Below are positions 15,210 to 25,117 of a DNA stretch of 36,081 nt, in pieces. The position numbers and the translations under genes are program-made. Within the stretch, counting starts at the first letter, position 1, and every line of letters begins with the position of its first letter. This DNA is from a virus (lineage: Duplodnaviria > Caudoviricetes). The notes under the pieces are model-generated. The model had not been told where the DNA came from, did no database searches, and saw only the letters and a program-made list of their open reading frames with translations. The DNA is taken from IMG/VR virus record IMGVR_UViG_3300030330_002482, positions 1 to 36,081 of that record, one strand, 5' to 3'.

Positions 15210-15325
15210 TGGACGGAGCAGTACATGCTTGGAATACCATGTCCTACGGAGAAGGGTTTCTCTTCTCCCTATGGGTCATCGGTATGTATTATGTCAAACT
15301 GAAGATGGATAAATTCATTCGATGA
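15209..15325 (+). CDS. 38-aa membrane peptide (not in ORF track)
   Basis: MDGAVHAWNTMSYGEGFLFSLWVIGMYYVKLKMDKFIR; TGATG coupling and GGAGG upstream. Confidence 0.65.
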   Translation: MDGAVHAWNTMSYGEGFLFSLWVIGMYYVKLKMDKFIR

Positions 15326-15333
15326 TTTCAAAT

Positions 15334-15398
15334 TCGACTTTTAGTTCCACGAAACGCCGATAAAAAATTCCGGTAAAAAATCGCCCACAGGTTTTTTT
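15334..15398. repeat. Intergenic A-tract/CCGG element, copy 2
   Basis: TTCCACGAAACGCCGATAAAAAATTCCGGTAAAAAATCGCCCACAGGTTTTTTT; similar to 9400-9463. Confidence 0.65.
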
Positions 15399-15403
15399 AG
15401 CCC

Positions 15404-15559
15404 ATGCGACCAGAAACACGTAAATCGATGGAAATGCTGTTTACAGCAAAATGGAACTTGCCGAAAGCGGCAAGAAACTGCGGTTTAACGGATAAAGAGA
15501 TGAAAATCACATTTAACGAATACTGTCAGTTTCATCCCCCAACTTGGAAAATTGAATAA
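15404..15559 (+). CDS. 51-aa protein, possible helix-turn-helix (not in ORF track)
   Basis: MRPETRKSMEMLFTAKWNLPKAARNCGLTDKEMKITFNEYCQFHPPTWKIE; stop abuts the gp53 stop. Confidence 0.65.
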   Translation: MRPETRKSMEMLFTAKWNLPKAARNCGLTDKEMKITFNEYCQFHPPTWKIE

Positions 15560-16225
15560 TCAGCGAGGCGACAAGATTCTTAAATTGTCGCCTTTTTTAG
15601 TGCGATTATCGATATATTGCGAACTATCGGTATAAGTCATAATCTCACGCATGTCTGCGAAAATGACATCTAGGTATTCTGGTCTCAAAGCGAAAATGAC
15701 TCGTTTATCGTCATTTCTGTCAAGTTCGAATTGGTAGTTTGACACACTTTTCACCAAACTGCCGCCAGCGAGCACATATGAGACACCACCATAAGAATAC
15801 TTAAACTGGAAGTTCTCATCAACATGCATACCGCCATTTAGGAGCAATCTACCATCACCTGCCTTTTGCTCTATGGTCTCATAGTGGTGGATTTCTTCTA
15901 ATTGTTCTTTAGAGTACTTATTATCAAGATAACGCTGTAGATCATATCCACTCATAGGCCATTCATCGCGAATATTGATAATATTGTTCGCAAGAAGGAC
16001 TACCCAGTCTAATTCTGGATCGTCATAAAGAATTTTGGCAACATTATCGGGTCTGTCATCACCACTGATACTGAATTTATCAAATACAATAGCGTTTTCG
16101 AAGAAATCGTCTCTAATTTTGGCACGCTTAAACAAGTTCTTCGTTCTGGTAAAATCAGACGAAGAGTTCCTGTTGTCAATAAACGATGGTAGAAGAATGT
16201 CTGGAAATAGGTCGAAGTATGCCAT
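15560..16225 (-). CDS. gp53: Baseplate wedge subunit gp53
   Basis: MAYF..FP, RPD.VA..LY.D..LDWVVLL.NNI...EWP, IHHYET. Confidence 0.9.
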   Translation of the reverse strand: MAYFDLFPDILLPSFIDNRNSSSDFTRTKNLFKRAKIRDDFFENAIVFDKFSISGDDRPDNVAKILYDDPELDWVVLLANNIINIRDEWPMSGYDLQRYLDNKYSKEQLEEIHHYETIEQKAGDGRLLLNGGMHVDENFQFKYSYGGVSYVLAGGSLVKSVSNYQFELDRNDDKRVIFALRPEYLDVIFADMREIMTYTDSSQYIDNRTKKGDNLRILSPR

Positions 16226-17829
16226 TAGAAACCTACGTCTTCTGAGGTGATTGGATCAAGTGTTCCCATTCCGCCTGCGCGACTGAACAAATCTTGATTA
16301 TCTGAGAATTCTAGACCAGATTGTAGATAATCTGTCGAGAATAGCGGAGTTAACTCTGTAAAGTTCAGAGTTAATGACATCATAACGGGTTGAGATCCTG
16401 CCTTGCTATCATCATAAGATTGATATGTTTGACCAGGAGCATAGTCAATATCGCAAGATGTCAAAGCACATATTTTATATCTAGGTAAACCACGAATAAT
16501 TTCGTTTTCTTTAGTCAAATAACGCAATCTGAAGACATTTGGTGATCCCAAGAACAAGGTATTGGCAGAACCTCGTTTTGCTGCCATACCCTGTTTGAAG
16601 AAACGAAGAATTCTACGACACTCAGATGCCTCTTTCTCTTCGTTTGGTGCTAGAATAAACTTAAACGCGAAACTTCTTAGTTTCGGACCACTAAACAACA
16701 ACTCTAGGTTTGGATTGACGGTGTTACCAGTTCCGCGAGCAATAAATTGCGCTGGATCTACATTGATGCCAAGTTTTCCTAGAGCATATTGACTTATAAA
16801 TGCCGAAAGTGCTAGACCACCTGGGTTATCTGGAGAAAATGTTTTTGCTCCGACAGCACCGAACAAATCTCCAATACCTTTGCCGAACATTCTAGCAGCT
16901 TCTCCTAGATTGCCACCTACAATAGGTCCTGCTATGTTCATTGCGGAGAAGAATGCACCCATCTCAACTGGATTTGCTTTCTTATCACCCCAGTCAACAC
17001 CATTAGATAGTGATAGGTTATTGGGAATTGGTAGTTTTACTACTCCAAGAAAATCTCGTAAATTACTGTTTCTACGAACTCCCCTTTTGATAAAATCAAT
17101 CAGTGGAGTTACCTCTGATTTTGATTTTTTTGATTTATTGCTACCACCACTTTTCCTAAATAGATCTTCTTGAGTCCTCAATTGAGATTCTTGAGGCGGT
17201 CTATAGGTAAACTGTTCAATTACAAGGTGATCCTGACCGTTGCCATATGCTGCATCAAAAGGATATTTTAGTGAGATATATTTAGTATCTTTATTATTGA
17301 TAGACTGAATAAACTCTTGATTATCAGTCACTCCCACTCCAATTTGACTAGGGAATACTACTGGATTGGCAGTGGGGGTTTTTACAGTTGGTGAAGTAAT
17401 ATTGGTTCCAATACCTGATATAGGAGGTTGAGTAGGATTGGAACTTGTATTCACAGGGGCGTCACGGAATAGAATAGCGTTGCCGGATTTACCTGCTGCT
17501 TCAACTGCATCTAGAAGAGCGTTCGTTCCTTGATTGATAATATCATTCTTTGTTTTACCAATATGTGTAATTAAGGCGTCCTGAAACTCGGGATCTTTTC
17601 GATATGCTTCGAAGGTATTTGATCCGGGTTCATGAAATGAAGGAAGTGAAGGAACACCACCCGACACAGTATTTACTACAATTCTTTGGACTTGTAGAAA
17701 GTCGTCGTTTGCTACGTCCGTGCTATAATGAATTTCAATAGTTTGTCCTGACGCAAGTTTTGGAAGGAAAGCAAATTCCGTTACCCTGCCATTGCTGGTG
17801 ACTGATTTGGGTGGATGTTTTTTTGGCAT
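16225..17829 (-). CDS. gp48: Baseplate tail tube cap gp48
   Basis: LKYP, LPIP, NPNLELLFSGPKLRSF.F.F, L.F.ELTP; synteny. Confidence 0.85.
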   Translation of the reverse strand: MPKKHPPKSVTSNGRVTEFAFLPKLASGQTIEIHYSTDVANDDFLQVQRIVVNTVSGGVPSLPSFHEPGSNTFEAYRKDPEFQDALITHIGKTKNDIINQGTNALLDAVEAAGKSGNAILFRDAPVNTSSNPTQPPISGIGTNITSPTVKTPTANPVVFPSQIGVGVTDNQEFIQSINNKDTKYISLKYPFDAAYGNGQDHLVIEQFTYRPPQESQLRTQEDLFRKSGGSNKSKKSKSEVTPLIDFIKRGVRRNSNLRDFLGVVKLPIPNNLSLSNGVDWGDKKANPVEMGAFFSAMNIAGPIVGGNLGEAARMFGKGIGDLFGAVGAKTFSPDNPGGLALSAFISQYALGKLGINVDPAQFIARGTGNTVNPNLELLFSGPKLRSFAFKFILAPNEEKEASECRRILRFFKQGMAAKRGSANTLFLGSPNVFRLRYLTKENEIIRGLPRYKICALTSCDIDYAPGQTYQSYDDSKAGSQPVMMSLTLNFTELTPLFSTDYLQSGLEFSDNQDLFSRAGGMGTLDPITSEDVGF

Positions 17830-18257
17830 CAGTAAACACTCCTTCCTGTGATGGGGACTTCTACGCCACCTAAACTACGTACAAATTCTTCCGCAGGCAG
17901 CAATGATGCTTTGCCCCATTCTTCTGCTGCCACTTCTAGGAACAAACTTCTAACATTAGATTTCAAGTATTTATGGAACCCTGCCGACCCGAAAAGGAAT
18001 CCCATATAGTCCGATCCACCATTTTCGAGATCCTCCCGGAGATAGTCTACGATTCCTACACGTTCATTTGGTTTATAGTAATGGATATTGGTACCGAAGA
18101 AGATCTCGTTTTCTTCAGCGACAATAAGGACTAACGGGCATTTATCGTAAAATGGTAATTCGTTAGCAGTTTTGGCGTCATATCTAAACATCACAAGACT
18201 GCCGATCGTTAGATCAGTGACAACTTTTGACGCTGGTAGTTGGGACTTAAATTCCAA
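17829..18257 (-). CDS. gp2: DNA end protector gp2-like (probable TTG start at 18257)
   Basis: F.Y.AKT...LPFYD..PLV...G.N.HY; lies between gp4 and gp48. Confidence 0.75.
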   Translation of the reverse strand: MEFKSQLPASKVVTDLTIGSLVMFRYDAKTANELPFYDKCPLVLIVAEENEIFFGTNIHYYKPNERVGIVDYLREDLENGGSDYMGFLFGSAGFHKYLKSNVRSLFLEVAAEEWGKASLLPAEEFVRSLGGVEVPITGRSVY

Positions 18258-18681
18258 GTTCTTTCTCAGTAAAAATCTGAAACTCCCATAATCTATCGTC
18301 GCAGAAATTCTTTGCTGCTTCCCACTTTGCCTGGTTCTTGGCGTATTCGTAGACCTCGGCAACGTATTGCTTAGTCCGTTTTTTCTGTTTTCTCGGTTCT
18401 CTTACTTGCTTCGCCGGTTTGATCTCAATTAGACTTTCCTTCACCTGCCCGTTTGTCTTGACATATTTGATGTAGAAGTCAGGAAAGTATCGATGATACT
18501 TATTATCTATGGGAGACTTGTATGGAATTACAATCTCTTCAGATGACCATTTGAGCACTCTTTGATTAGTATCACAATATCGCATAAACTTCAATTCCCA
18601 CAGCGAGCGATAAATGATGTTTGTGGGATCACCTTTGTACTTTTTGGGGTGAGACGGTCTGAACTTCCCCTTATAGGACAT
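18247..18681 (-). CDS. gp4: Head completion nuclease gp4
   Basis: PKKYKGDPTNIIYRSLWE, WSSEE, HRYFPDF, EIKP, NQAKW.AA. Confidence 0.95.
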   Translation of the reverse strand: MSYKGKFRPSHPKKYKGDPTNIIYRSLWELKFMRYCDTNQRVLKWSSEEIVIPYKSPIDNKYHRYFPDFYIKYVKTNGQVKESLIEIKPAKQVREPRKQKKRTKQYVAEVYEYAKNQAKWEAAKNFCDDRLWEFQIFTEKELGI

Positions 18682-18710
18682 ACATAGTATATTAAATCAT
18701 CCTCTATTTA
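18681..18710. promoter_or_regulatory. Late promoters for the divergent gp4 and tail operons
   Basis: Minus-strand TAAATA at 18705-18710; plus-strand variant TACATA at 18681-18686. Confidence 0.55.
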
Positions 18711-18718
18711 GATGCCAC

Positions 18719-19597
18719 ATGGGCGAGGAACTAAAGCAAACACGATTTTACCTTAAGACCGAGGAACTTTTACAAGCAGAAGGTGGTATTGGTAATGTTG
18801 TACCTGCGTTCAACAATAGTTATGATGTTTTTATTAAGTTTAACAGTCTGGGATCAAACTCATTATCAGCATACCTCAAGGACCATAGTCTCTTGGAGGG
18901 AACAGGTCCTGCTGGCATAGGTGATTATATCGCATTATTCTGTTCTGAGGCAGTTCTACCAGGATCTCAGATTACAACTCAATCTGTCGATGGATTGCGA
19001 CAGGGTGTGACTCAACATTTTGCTACGTATAGAAGATATCCTGATATCAATTTGACATTTTATTCGCAAAAAGATTATTACACAAACGAGATTTTTGATG
19101 CTTGGTTGGAGTACATCTCACCTACGCTTAATGATATCAATACTGGATCTATGATTGATGATGCCGCCAATTTTGCTTATAAAAGATTGAGGTATCCAAA
19201 AACATATAAGTGTGATATGTCTATTACGGCATTTTCGAATGATACGATTACGAGGGAGACGAGATTAAACCCACACAAGAGTAAGACTGAACAACCAGTT
19301 GTTGAGAGACAGGAACCTTCATCCATCAGATATGAACTGAAGAATGCCTTTCCAATAAACATTGTTGCTGCTCCACTGGCATATGGCAACGCTAATTTAA
19401 TTAAGACCACTCTAACATTTAAGTACGATCAATTCTACGTCACCAGAGCTTCTAGAAGTGATAAACTGGTGGGATCTGTATATGAAAGTAAGTTAAACAG
19501 GCGTGATCCTGATAAGAGTGGAATTCCAATACGTAAAGCTATTAGGAATGACTTTGGTGCTATCCGGTTAGAAACAATCCCTTTCGAAGACCAATAA
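18719..19597 (+). CDS. gp19/gp54-like tail tube or baseplate tube-initiator protein
   Basis: CSEAVLPG, F..W...I, Y.L.NAFP.NI...L.Y, TF.Y pattern. Confidence 0.65.
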   Translation: MGEELKQTRFYLKTEELLQAEGGIGNVVPAFNNSYDVFIKFNSLGSNSLSAYLKDHSLLEGTGPAGIGDYIALFCSEAVLPGSQITTQSVDGLRQGVTQHFATYRRYPDINLTFYSQKDYYTNEIFDAWLEYISPTLNDINTGSMIDDAANFAYKRLRYPKTYKCDMSITAFSNDTITRETRLNPHKSKTEQPVVERQEPSSIRYELKNAFPINIVAAPLAYGNANLIKTTLTFKYDQFYVTRASRSDKLVGSVYESKLNRRDPDKSGIPIRKAIRNDFGAIRLETIPFEDQ

Positions 19598-19600
19598 ATA
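19595..19600 (+). promoter_or_regulatory. T4-like late promoter core
   Basis: AATAAATA 21 nt upstream of gp26. Confidence 0.65.
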
Positions 19601-19621
19601 TAGTCACTGAACTGAATATCA

Positions 19622-20350
19622 ATGCCACTACCGAAGGTTTCAACGCCTACGTTTGAAGTAAATCTAATTTCTACAGGAAAAGCAGTTAAGTATCGTCCAT
19701 TTCTTGTAAAAGAGGAAAAGGCACTACTAATTGCTCTCGAATCTAGTGATGAAAAGGCGATTAACAACACACTGAAGGATGTTCTCAAAGCATGTATCAC
19801 AAGTCGTGGTATTAAAGTAGACGAACTTCCTAGTTTTGATCTTGAGTACCTATTTCTCAACATTCGTGCCAAATCTGTTGGTGAGACTGTTGAACTTCTG
19901 GTTACTTGTACTGATGATGGCGAAACTCAGGTTCCTCTAAAAATTCATACATCTGAAATTAAATTAGAAGTTCCTGATGATCATACCGATACAGTAGATC
20001 TTGGTGATGATCTTAAAATGAGATTAAGGTATCCTTCTCTGAAGCAATTCACAGAAAATAACTTTATTGTAACAAGTGCTACCAGTGATAATGCCATCCA
20101 AAAAGCGTTTGATGCTGTAGTAGACTGTATTGATACCATTTACAATTCTGATGAAGCATGGTCTTCTTCAGATTGTACTACGAAAGAACTGACTGCTTTT
20201 GTAGAAAGTATGACATCATCTCAGTTTGCTGAGATTGAAAAGTTCTTTACAACGATGCCTAGGATGATCTATCGTGGCACCGTAGTCAACCCCAATACAC
20301 AGGTCGAAAGTGAGATTGTAATTGAGGGTTTATCAAATTTTTTCGCGTAA
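19622..20350 (+). CDS. gp26: Baseplate hub subunit gp26
   Basis: MPLPK, YRPFLVKEEK.LL, FDLEYLFLNIRAKSVGE, EGL..FF. Confidence 0.92.
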   Translation: MPLPKVSTPTFEVNLISTGKAVKYRPFLVKEEKALLIALESSDEKAINNTLKDVLKACITSRGIKVDELPSFDLEYLFLNIRAKSVGETVELLVTCTDDGETQVPLKIHTSEIKLEVPDDHTDTVDLGDDLKMRLRYPSLKQFTENNFIVTSATSDNAIQKAFDAVVDCIDTIYNSDEAWSSSDCTTKELTAFVESMTSSQFAEIEKFFTTMPRMIYRGTVVNPNTQVESEIVIEGLSNFFA

Positions 20351-20532
20351 TGATGTATCACACGAGTTTATCTTCTCATTTAGAGGAAAACTTCGCGTTG
20401 ATACAATATCACAATTGGAGTTTGACTGATTTAGAAAGTCTGATTCCGTGGGAGCGAGAAACTTACTTGGTAATGCTTAAAAACTATCTCGATAAAAAGA
20501 GAATAGAACACCAGCAAGCAAACAATGCCTAG
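20350..20532 (+). CDS. gp51: Baseplate hub assembly protein gp51-like
   Basis: NFAL.QYHNWSLT..E.L.PWER..Y. Confidence 0.85.
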   Translation: MMYHTSLSSHLEENFALIQYHNWSLTDLESLIPWERETYLVMLKNYLDKKRIEHQQANNA

Positions 20533-22057
20533 AGCCGGAGAAATAATGTCTATGCGAGGGATGGGAGTTCCTCGTACCGCTGGTCAAGCGGCGGTAAGAC
20601 GTGCTATGATGCAGCAACCGGTTACACCGATGATCGGAGGCAAAAAGACTCCTCAAAGTGAACAACCCGTTAAGGTTGCTCCACTTGCTAGGAGGATGTC
20701 TGTCGCGTATGATAAGTTAGAAGCACAAACCAAGAGTGGAGAAGGAACAGATTCTAAAACTATTGCTGCTCTTGGCAGACTTGTTTTAGAATTTGAGCAA
20801 GTAAAGAATAGTTTAGATGGCATTGCTGATGCGGTAAAGAGAGATACCAAAGCAAAGGTCAAAAGCGTAAATGAGGAAAAGAAACTTCTAGAACAAGAGG
20901 AAGACAGTCTTGTCAAACTTAGAGGTGGATTTTTCGATCTACGTGCTAAACTAGGTCTATTCGCTGGAGCGTTATCCATCAAGGCAGCGATGGAAGGTCG
21001 TGGTGGTGATGCTATAGCAAATGCCGGTGTTGCGGTTTCTGCATTCATTCCAGAGATTGTAAATATTGTATCCGGTTTAGTATTGGGTAAATTAGCATTC
21101 GGTCGTGGAGGCGGCGGTATGAGAGCACCTAGAGGTGGTGGTAAATTGGGAATGGGACTAGGACTGTTGGGACTACTAGGTCTTGGCGGCGGTCTCATGA
21201 TGAACAATGCCGATCAAAGAAGATTGAATCTGATCAGACAAGATCAGGTAACACAAATTACTCCATCAGATGTGAGGAAATTTGATCAAACTACATCGAG
21301 GTTTGACAATATCCTAAATGGTTTGTTGGGTGGACAGAAAGCTGGCGCTCAGGAAAGCATGGATGGTAGTTCTGCTGGTTCTAGCAGAGCATTTAAAACA
21401 GGAGATAAAACATCTGTCACACAGGTACCAATGGGATCTGGTGCTGGATCACTAAAAAATCTGTCAAATGAAGATTTTAGATATCTTGCTTTCGGTGTTA
21501 GTGGTGAAGCACAACGCGGAACTGATGATGAGTTTGCTGTAGCTGCGTCTATTCTTAACAGAGTAGCGTCTAAAAAATATCCAGGCAGTGTCCGGGATGT
21601 TGTAATGGCACCTGGTCAGTATGAAGCAGTGACAGATGGATCTGCTAGATTCGAACCAGAACTTCAGAGAAAATTAAGTTCTCCAGAAGGTCAGGCGAGA
21701 ATCGCTGACATGCTTGAGGCATTACAAGGCAGAACTGATTTTAAGGGACAATCTCAGTTACAAAATAGGGTTCCTAGTATGGACCCCATGTTTAGTCCTA
21801 GAGGTAATTTCTATCATTACTACTACGAGACTGGACCAGGGTCTTTGAGACCTAGTGATTATGAAATGCCTGACTTTAGTCAATTTACTCCACAAAAAGT
21901 CAGTTTTGCTCCTATTCAGGTTCCTAGCAATCAAAAACCCGTAGAAGTGGCAGCAGCAGGTCCAGTTGCTATTGCTCCTGATATTGACCCTGACTTCGTA
22001 GATAAGACAAGAATTCTTCAGAATGCTAGTTATCTAACTGAAGGTCTCGTAGGATGA
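20525..22057 (+). CDS. Tail/tape-measure-like protein with SleB (Hydrolase_2) cell-wall hydrolase domain
   Basis: Coiled coil and Gly-rich hydrophobic segments, then GEA...AVAASILNRV...YP..V.DVV..PGQYEAV. Confidence 0.7.
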   Translation: MPRAGEIMSMRGMGVPRTAGQAAVRRAMMQQPVTPMIGGKKTPQSEQPVKVAPLARRMSVAYDKLEAQTKSGEGTDSKTIAALGRLVLEFEQVKNSLDGIADAVKRDTKAKVKSVNEEKKLLEQEEDSLVKLRGGFFDLRAKLGLFAGALSIKAAMEGRGGDAIANAGVAVSAFIPEIVNIVSGLVLGKLAFGRGGGGMRAPRGGGKLGMGLGLLGLLGLGGGLMMNNADQRRLNLIRQDQVTQITPSDVRKFDQTTSRFDNILNGLLGGQKAGAQESMDGSSAGSSRAFKTGDKTSVTQVPMGSGAGSLKNLSNEDFRYLAFGVSGEAQRGTDDEFAVAASILNRVASKKYPGSVRDVVMAPGQYEAVTDGSARFEPELQRKLSSPEGQARIADMLEALQGRTDFKGQSQLQNRVPSMDPMFSPRGNFYHYYYETGPGSLRPSDYEMPDFSQFTPQKVSFAPIQVPSNQKPVEVAAAGPVAIAPDIDPDFVDKTRILQNASYLTEGLVG

Positions 22058-23676
22058 TAGCAAATCGTCTTCTTTCATCTTCTAGAAGAGTACACCGATC
22101 TAGTGTAAATGTCGCTAGATTGTTTTCTAATGCGTCGCTAAAAAACGCCGCAGATAGGCAAGACCTCTTATCCAGAAGAAGAAAAAATAGCAAGTTGCGA
22201 ATTAACGCTTTTCTTGCTGCTAAGCAGGCACTTGCTGCTAAAGAAGACGAAAAATCCAATAGTACATCTACTTTGTTAGGTGCTTTGGGTGTAGGTGCTC
22301 TTGCCAATAAACTCCGTGGTGCTAAACCAAGACCTACAGCACCTAGAGGTGTAAGACCTAGGGGAAGATTGGGAAGACTTCCTAGACTGGGTGGTATCGC
22401 TAATATCGCATTCACGGGCATTGACTTCATGCAGCGTCGTGGAGAAGGTCAGACTAACCTCCAGGCAGGCGTAGGAGCGGCAGGAGGACTCCTAGGTGGT
22501 CTGGGAGGCATGAAGGCAGGTGCGATGGCAGGAGGCGCTATAGGAAGTCTCTTCGGTGGTGTTGGTGCTGTCCCTGGTGCCTTGATTGGAGGACTCTTAG
22601 GGAGTATCGGTGGATCTATGCTTGGTGGTGGTATTGCCGACCGTGCTACAGGTGTTGACGCCAGACGACAGCGAGAAGAAGAAAGAACACGCTTGATGCT
22701 CACTAAGACCCCATTTAATAGGTCTCTTGATACTTTTAACAGCGCACTTGATAAATTAGAAAATTTAAGGACTATATGTCCTCCTCTTTTTGAGGACAGT
22801 AAACCATACTTTGTTCCTGTAGCGGATGATCGTGGTCCTGGTAGAGGACCACAGCAGTTACCACCCGTAGTAGAGAATCCACCTCCAAAACAGGAGGAGG
22901 AGACTCCGTGGTGGCAATCAACAGAAGCAAAAATTATTGGATTTAGTCTTCTAACACTTGGTGCGGTCTTAACACCAATTCCGGGCGATGAAGCAGTTGC
23001 TGGTGGTGGTCTGCTTGGTGCCATGAAAGCTGCCGGACTAAAGTCCAGTCTTTTTGGTAGACTTCTAAACTTTTTCAAGCGTCCTATTCCAACACCAAAA
23101 GTTAGACCTGATGTTGCTACACCAAAGGTAGATCCTACAAAGGTTCGTGATGGCGGTGTAAGGGCAGTAGAAGAAGCTCTAAGAAGACGTGCTGCCGAGC
23201 AAGTAAGATCGACGAAAAATCTAAAACAACTTAGAGGTGAAGAGTCTGGATTCGAAATCGCCAGGTTTGCTAAGCGTTTACAAATGTTTAGTAAGTCTGA
23301 CCTTAGAGTCCAATTGCGTGAGATGGGTGACTCGATGCTTAAGGGTGGTCAACTAGATCAAAGAACTCTTAACATCTTTAGAGCATTTGAGCGTGAATTT
23401 AAGCGTAGAGGTATGGAAATCGATCCAAGATTCCAGAACTTCTTGAATAGACAAAACTTAAATAAGAAACTAGAAGATATTGTTGCTCCAGGTAGAGGTG
23501 GTCCTCAGGCATCTTCTGGTGGCGGAGAAACTAATCTCATCGCACTTGTCCCAGAAGAAGAACAACAACCCATGCCAATGCCGTCTGGTGGAGAATCTGT
23601 CGCAACTGTAATTCCTGCCAGTGAAGAAAAAGTTGCTAGATATATGATGGGCGTATTCTCGGAGGCTACAGCATGA
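22054..23676 (+). CDS. Tail/tape-measure-like protein with glycine zippers
   Basis: GAxAGGAIGSLFGGVGAVPGALIGG repeats; located in the baseplate module. Confidence 0.6.
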   Translation: MIANRLLSSSRRVHRSSVNVARLFSNASLKNAADRQDLLSRRRKNSKLRINAFLAAKQALAAKEDEKSNSTSTLLGALGVGALANKLRGAKPRPTAPRGVRPRGRLGRLPRLGGIANIAFTGIDFMQRRGEGQTNLQAGVGAAGGLLGGLGGMKAGAMAGGAIGSLFGGVGAVPGALIGGLLGSIGGSMLGGGIADRATGVDARRQREEERTRLMLTKTPFNRSLDTFNSALDKLENLRTICPPLFEDSKPYFVPVADDRGPGRGPQQLPPVVENPPPKQEEETPWWQSTEAKIIGFSLLTLGAVLTPIPGDEAVAGGGLLGAMKAAGLKSSLFGRLLNFFKRPIPTPKVRPDVATPKVDPTKVRDGGVRAVEEALRRRAAEQVRSTKNLKQLRGEESGFEIARFAKRLQMFSKSDLRVQLREMGDSMLKGGQLDQRTLNIFRAFEREFKRRGMEIDPRFQNFLNRQNLNKKLEDIVAPGRGGPQASSGGGETNLIALVPEEEQQPMPMPSGGESVATVIPASEEKVARYMMGVFSEATA

Positions 23677-24908
23677 GTTTGTATGCTAGTGGTCACAAAG
23701 TAAAAGAATTGTTGATCATCCCTCCTGAGGGTGAACCTATTGATTGTAGACTTCAAAGTATGCTTATATCATACTTTGAGGATGTATCTGACTCGTCATT
23801 TCACTGGGAGATTGACCTAGCAGATACGGATGGTAGGTTGTCTAACATTCGCAGTGGTTTTAATGTCGTATTGAGAATCGAACATCCCAGTGGTGATATT
23901 GTCTTTGATGATGATTACCCACTATTCATCAGCAATATAAAAAATATCATAAACACCGCTAAGAAAGAGGTCTTTACTATTCAGTGTGAATCCATGCCAG
24001 CACTGAACAATCAGACTACAAGAATATACCGCAAATATAAAGGACAATTACATACAAGTGTTAAAAAAATTCTGACAGAAACCTTAGAGATTCCACAAGA
24101 TCGTCTAGAGATTGAGGATACTTCTAATGCCTATAGTTTCATGGGCAACTATAAGCGTCCGTTTCATGCCATTGGTTGGTTGTGTCCGAAGGGTATTCCT
24201 GCTGTAAGTAATAGTAAGACTGCTGGATCTGCTGGTTATTTCTTTCATGAGACTCTGACCAAATTTAGATTTGCTAGTATTGATGGTGCGTTTGCGAGTC
24301 CATCTGAATTTGAGTACAGATATGAGGAGGGTGCTGATCCGTTTGCGGCGTCTAATAATTTTAGAATATCTTCTATGCCAAAATGGAAATTAGATCATGA
24401 TATTATGAGTAAGTTGAGACGTGGGCAATATAGATCTACAAACTGGTACCTTAACATTGTTGACAAGAAACCAGAGTTTCTTGATTACAAGTATCGTGAT
24501 AGTGTTAATAATCAAGTGACACTATCTAATGATGAGGAAAATATACCATTGGATATTGATGAGACACCTAGTAGGATTATGTTATCAACTCTTGACTTTG
24601 GCACTCTATCTAGTGGTGGGAAGCTTGACACACCCCAAAACCAGGCTTATTATCAAGCACAGGGAACTGCCAGATATGCGGCGTTATTTTCCCAGTCTCT
24701 GAACATCACTGTACCGATGAATATTGGGTTACATGTAGGACTTGTAATCAAGTGTACATTTCCCAAAATAAATATGAGTAAAACAGACCATGGTACTGCT
24801 CCACAGTCCGGGTTCTATATGATACGACAACTGTCTCACAAGTTTTCCTCGGAAGGAGATTTCACCGGTCTAACTTTAGTAAGAGATTCCTACACAAGAC
24901 TAACATGA
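23673..24908 (+). CDS. Baseplate hub-like structural protein (gp27-like position)
   Basis: YFED, F.GN.KRPF..I.WL, GYFFHET, SG.YMI..LSH; upstream of gp5. Confidence 0.6.
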   Translation: MSLYASGHKVKELLIIPPEGEPIDCRLQSMLISYFEDVSDSSFHWEIDLADTDGRLSNIRSGFNVVLRIEHPSGDIVFDDDYPLFISNIKNIINTAKKEVFTIQCESMPALNNQTTRIYRKYKGQLHTSVKKILTETLEIPQDRLEIEDTSNAYSFMGNYKRPFHAIGWLCPKGIPAVSNSKTAGSAGYFFHETLTKFRFASIDGAFASPSEFEYRYEEGADPFAASNNFRISSMPKWKLDHDIMSKLRRGQYRSTNWYLNIVDKKPEFLDYKYRDSVNNQVTLSNDEENIPLDIDETPSRIMLSTLDFGTLSSGGKLDTPQNQAYYQAQGTARYAALFSQSLNITVPMNIGLHVGLVIKCTFPKINMSKTDHGTAPQSGFYMIRQLSHKFSSEGDFTGLTLVRDSYTRLT

Positions 24909-25117
24909 AAGACATCGAGACTCACATTGCTAAGGACAAAGAGATCCTGGCAAATCCAACGATTTCAGCTCAGCAACGCCGCCACATCCAGGGTGAACTA
25001 AAAGAACTAGAGTTGTATAAAGAGCACAATCCCGAAGATCATCACGATCCAACACCACTAGAACTGTACTGCGACTCTAATCCAGAAGCAGACGAATGTA
25101 GAATTTACGAAGACTAA
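24905..25117 (+). CDS. cp12: CP12 Calvin-cycle inhibitor
   Basis: C-terminal LELYCDSNPEADECRIYED is the CP12 signature. Confidence 0.9.
   Translation: MKDIETHIAKDKEILANPTISAQQRRHIQGELKELELYKEHNPEDHHDPTPLELYCDSNPEADECRIYED

Noticed and set aside
15094-15312. 72-aa plus-strand ORF across the gp32 end
   Set aside because: Conflicts with gp32 and with the better-supported 15209-15325 peptide.
18247-18681. TnsA-like nuclease as a transposon gene
   Set aside because: This is gp4 head completion protein in canonical synteny.
20653-23078. Long Pro-rich antisense ORFs (20653-21207, 22026-22430, 22449-23078)
   Set aside because: Mirror images of Gly-rich sense codons (GGN read as NCC).
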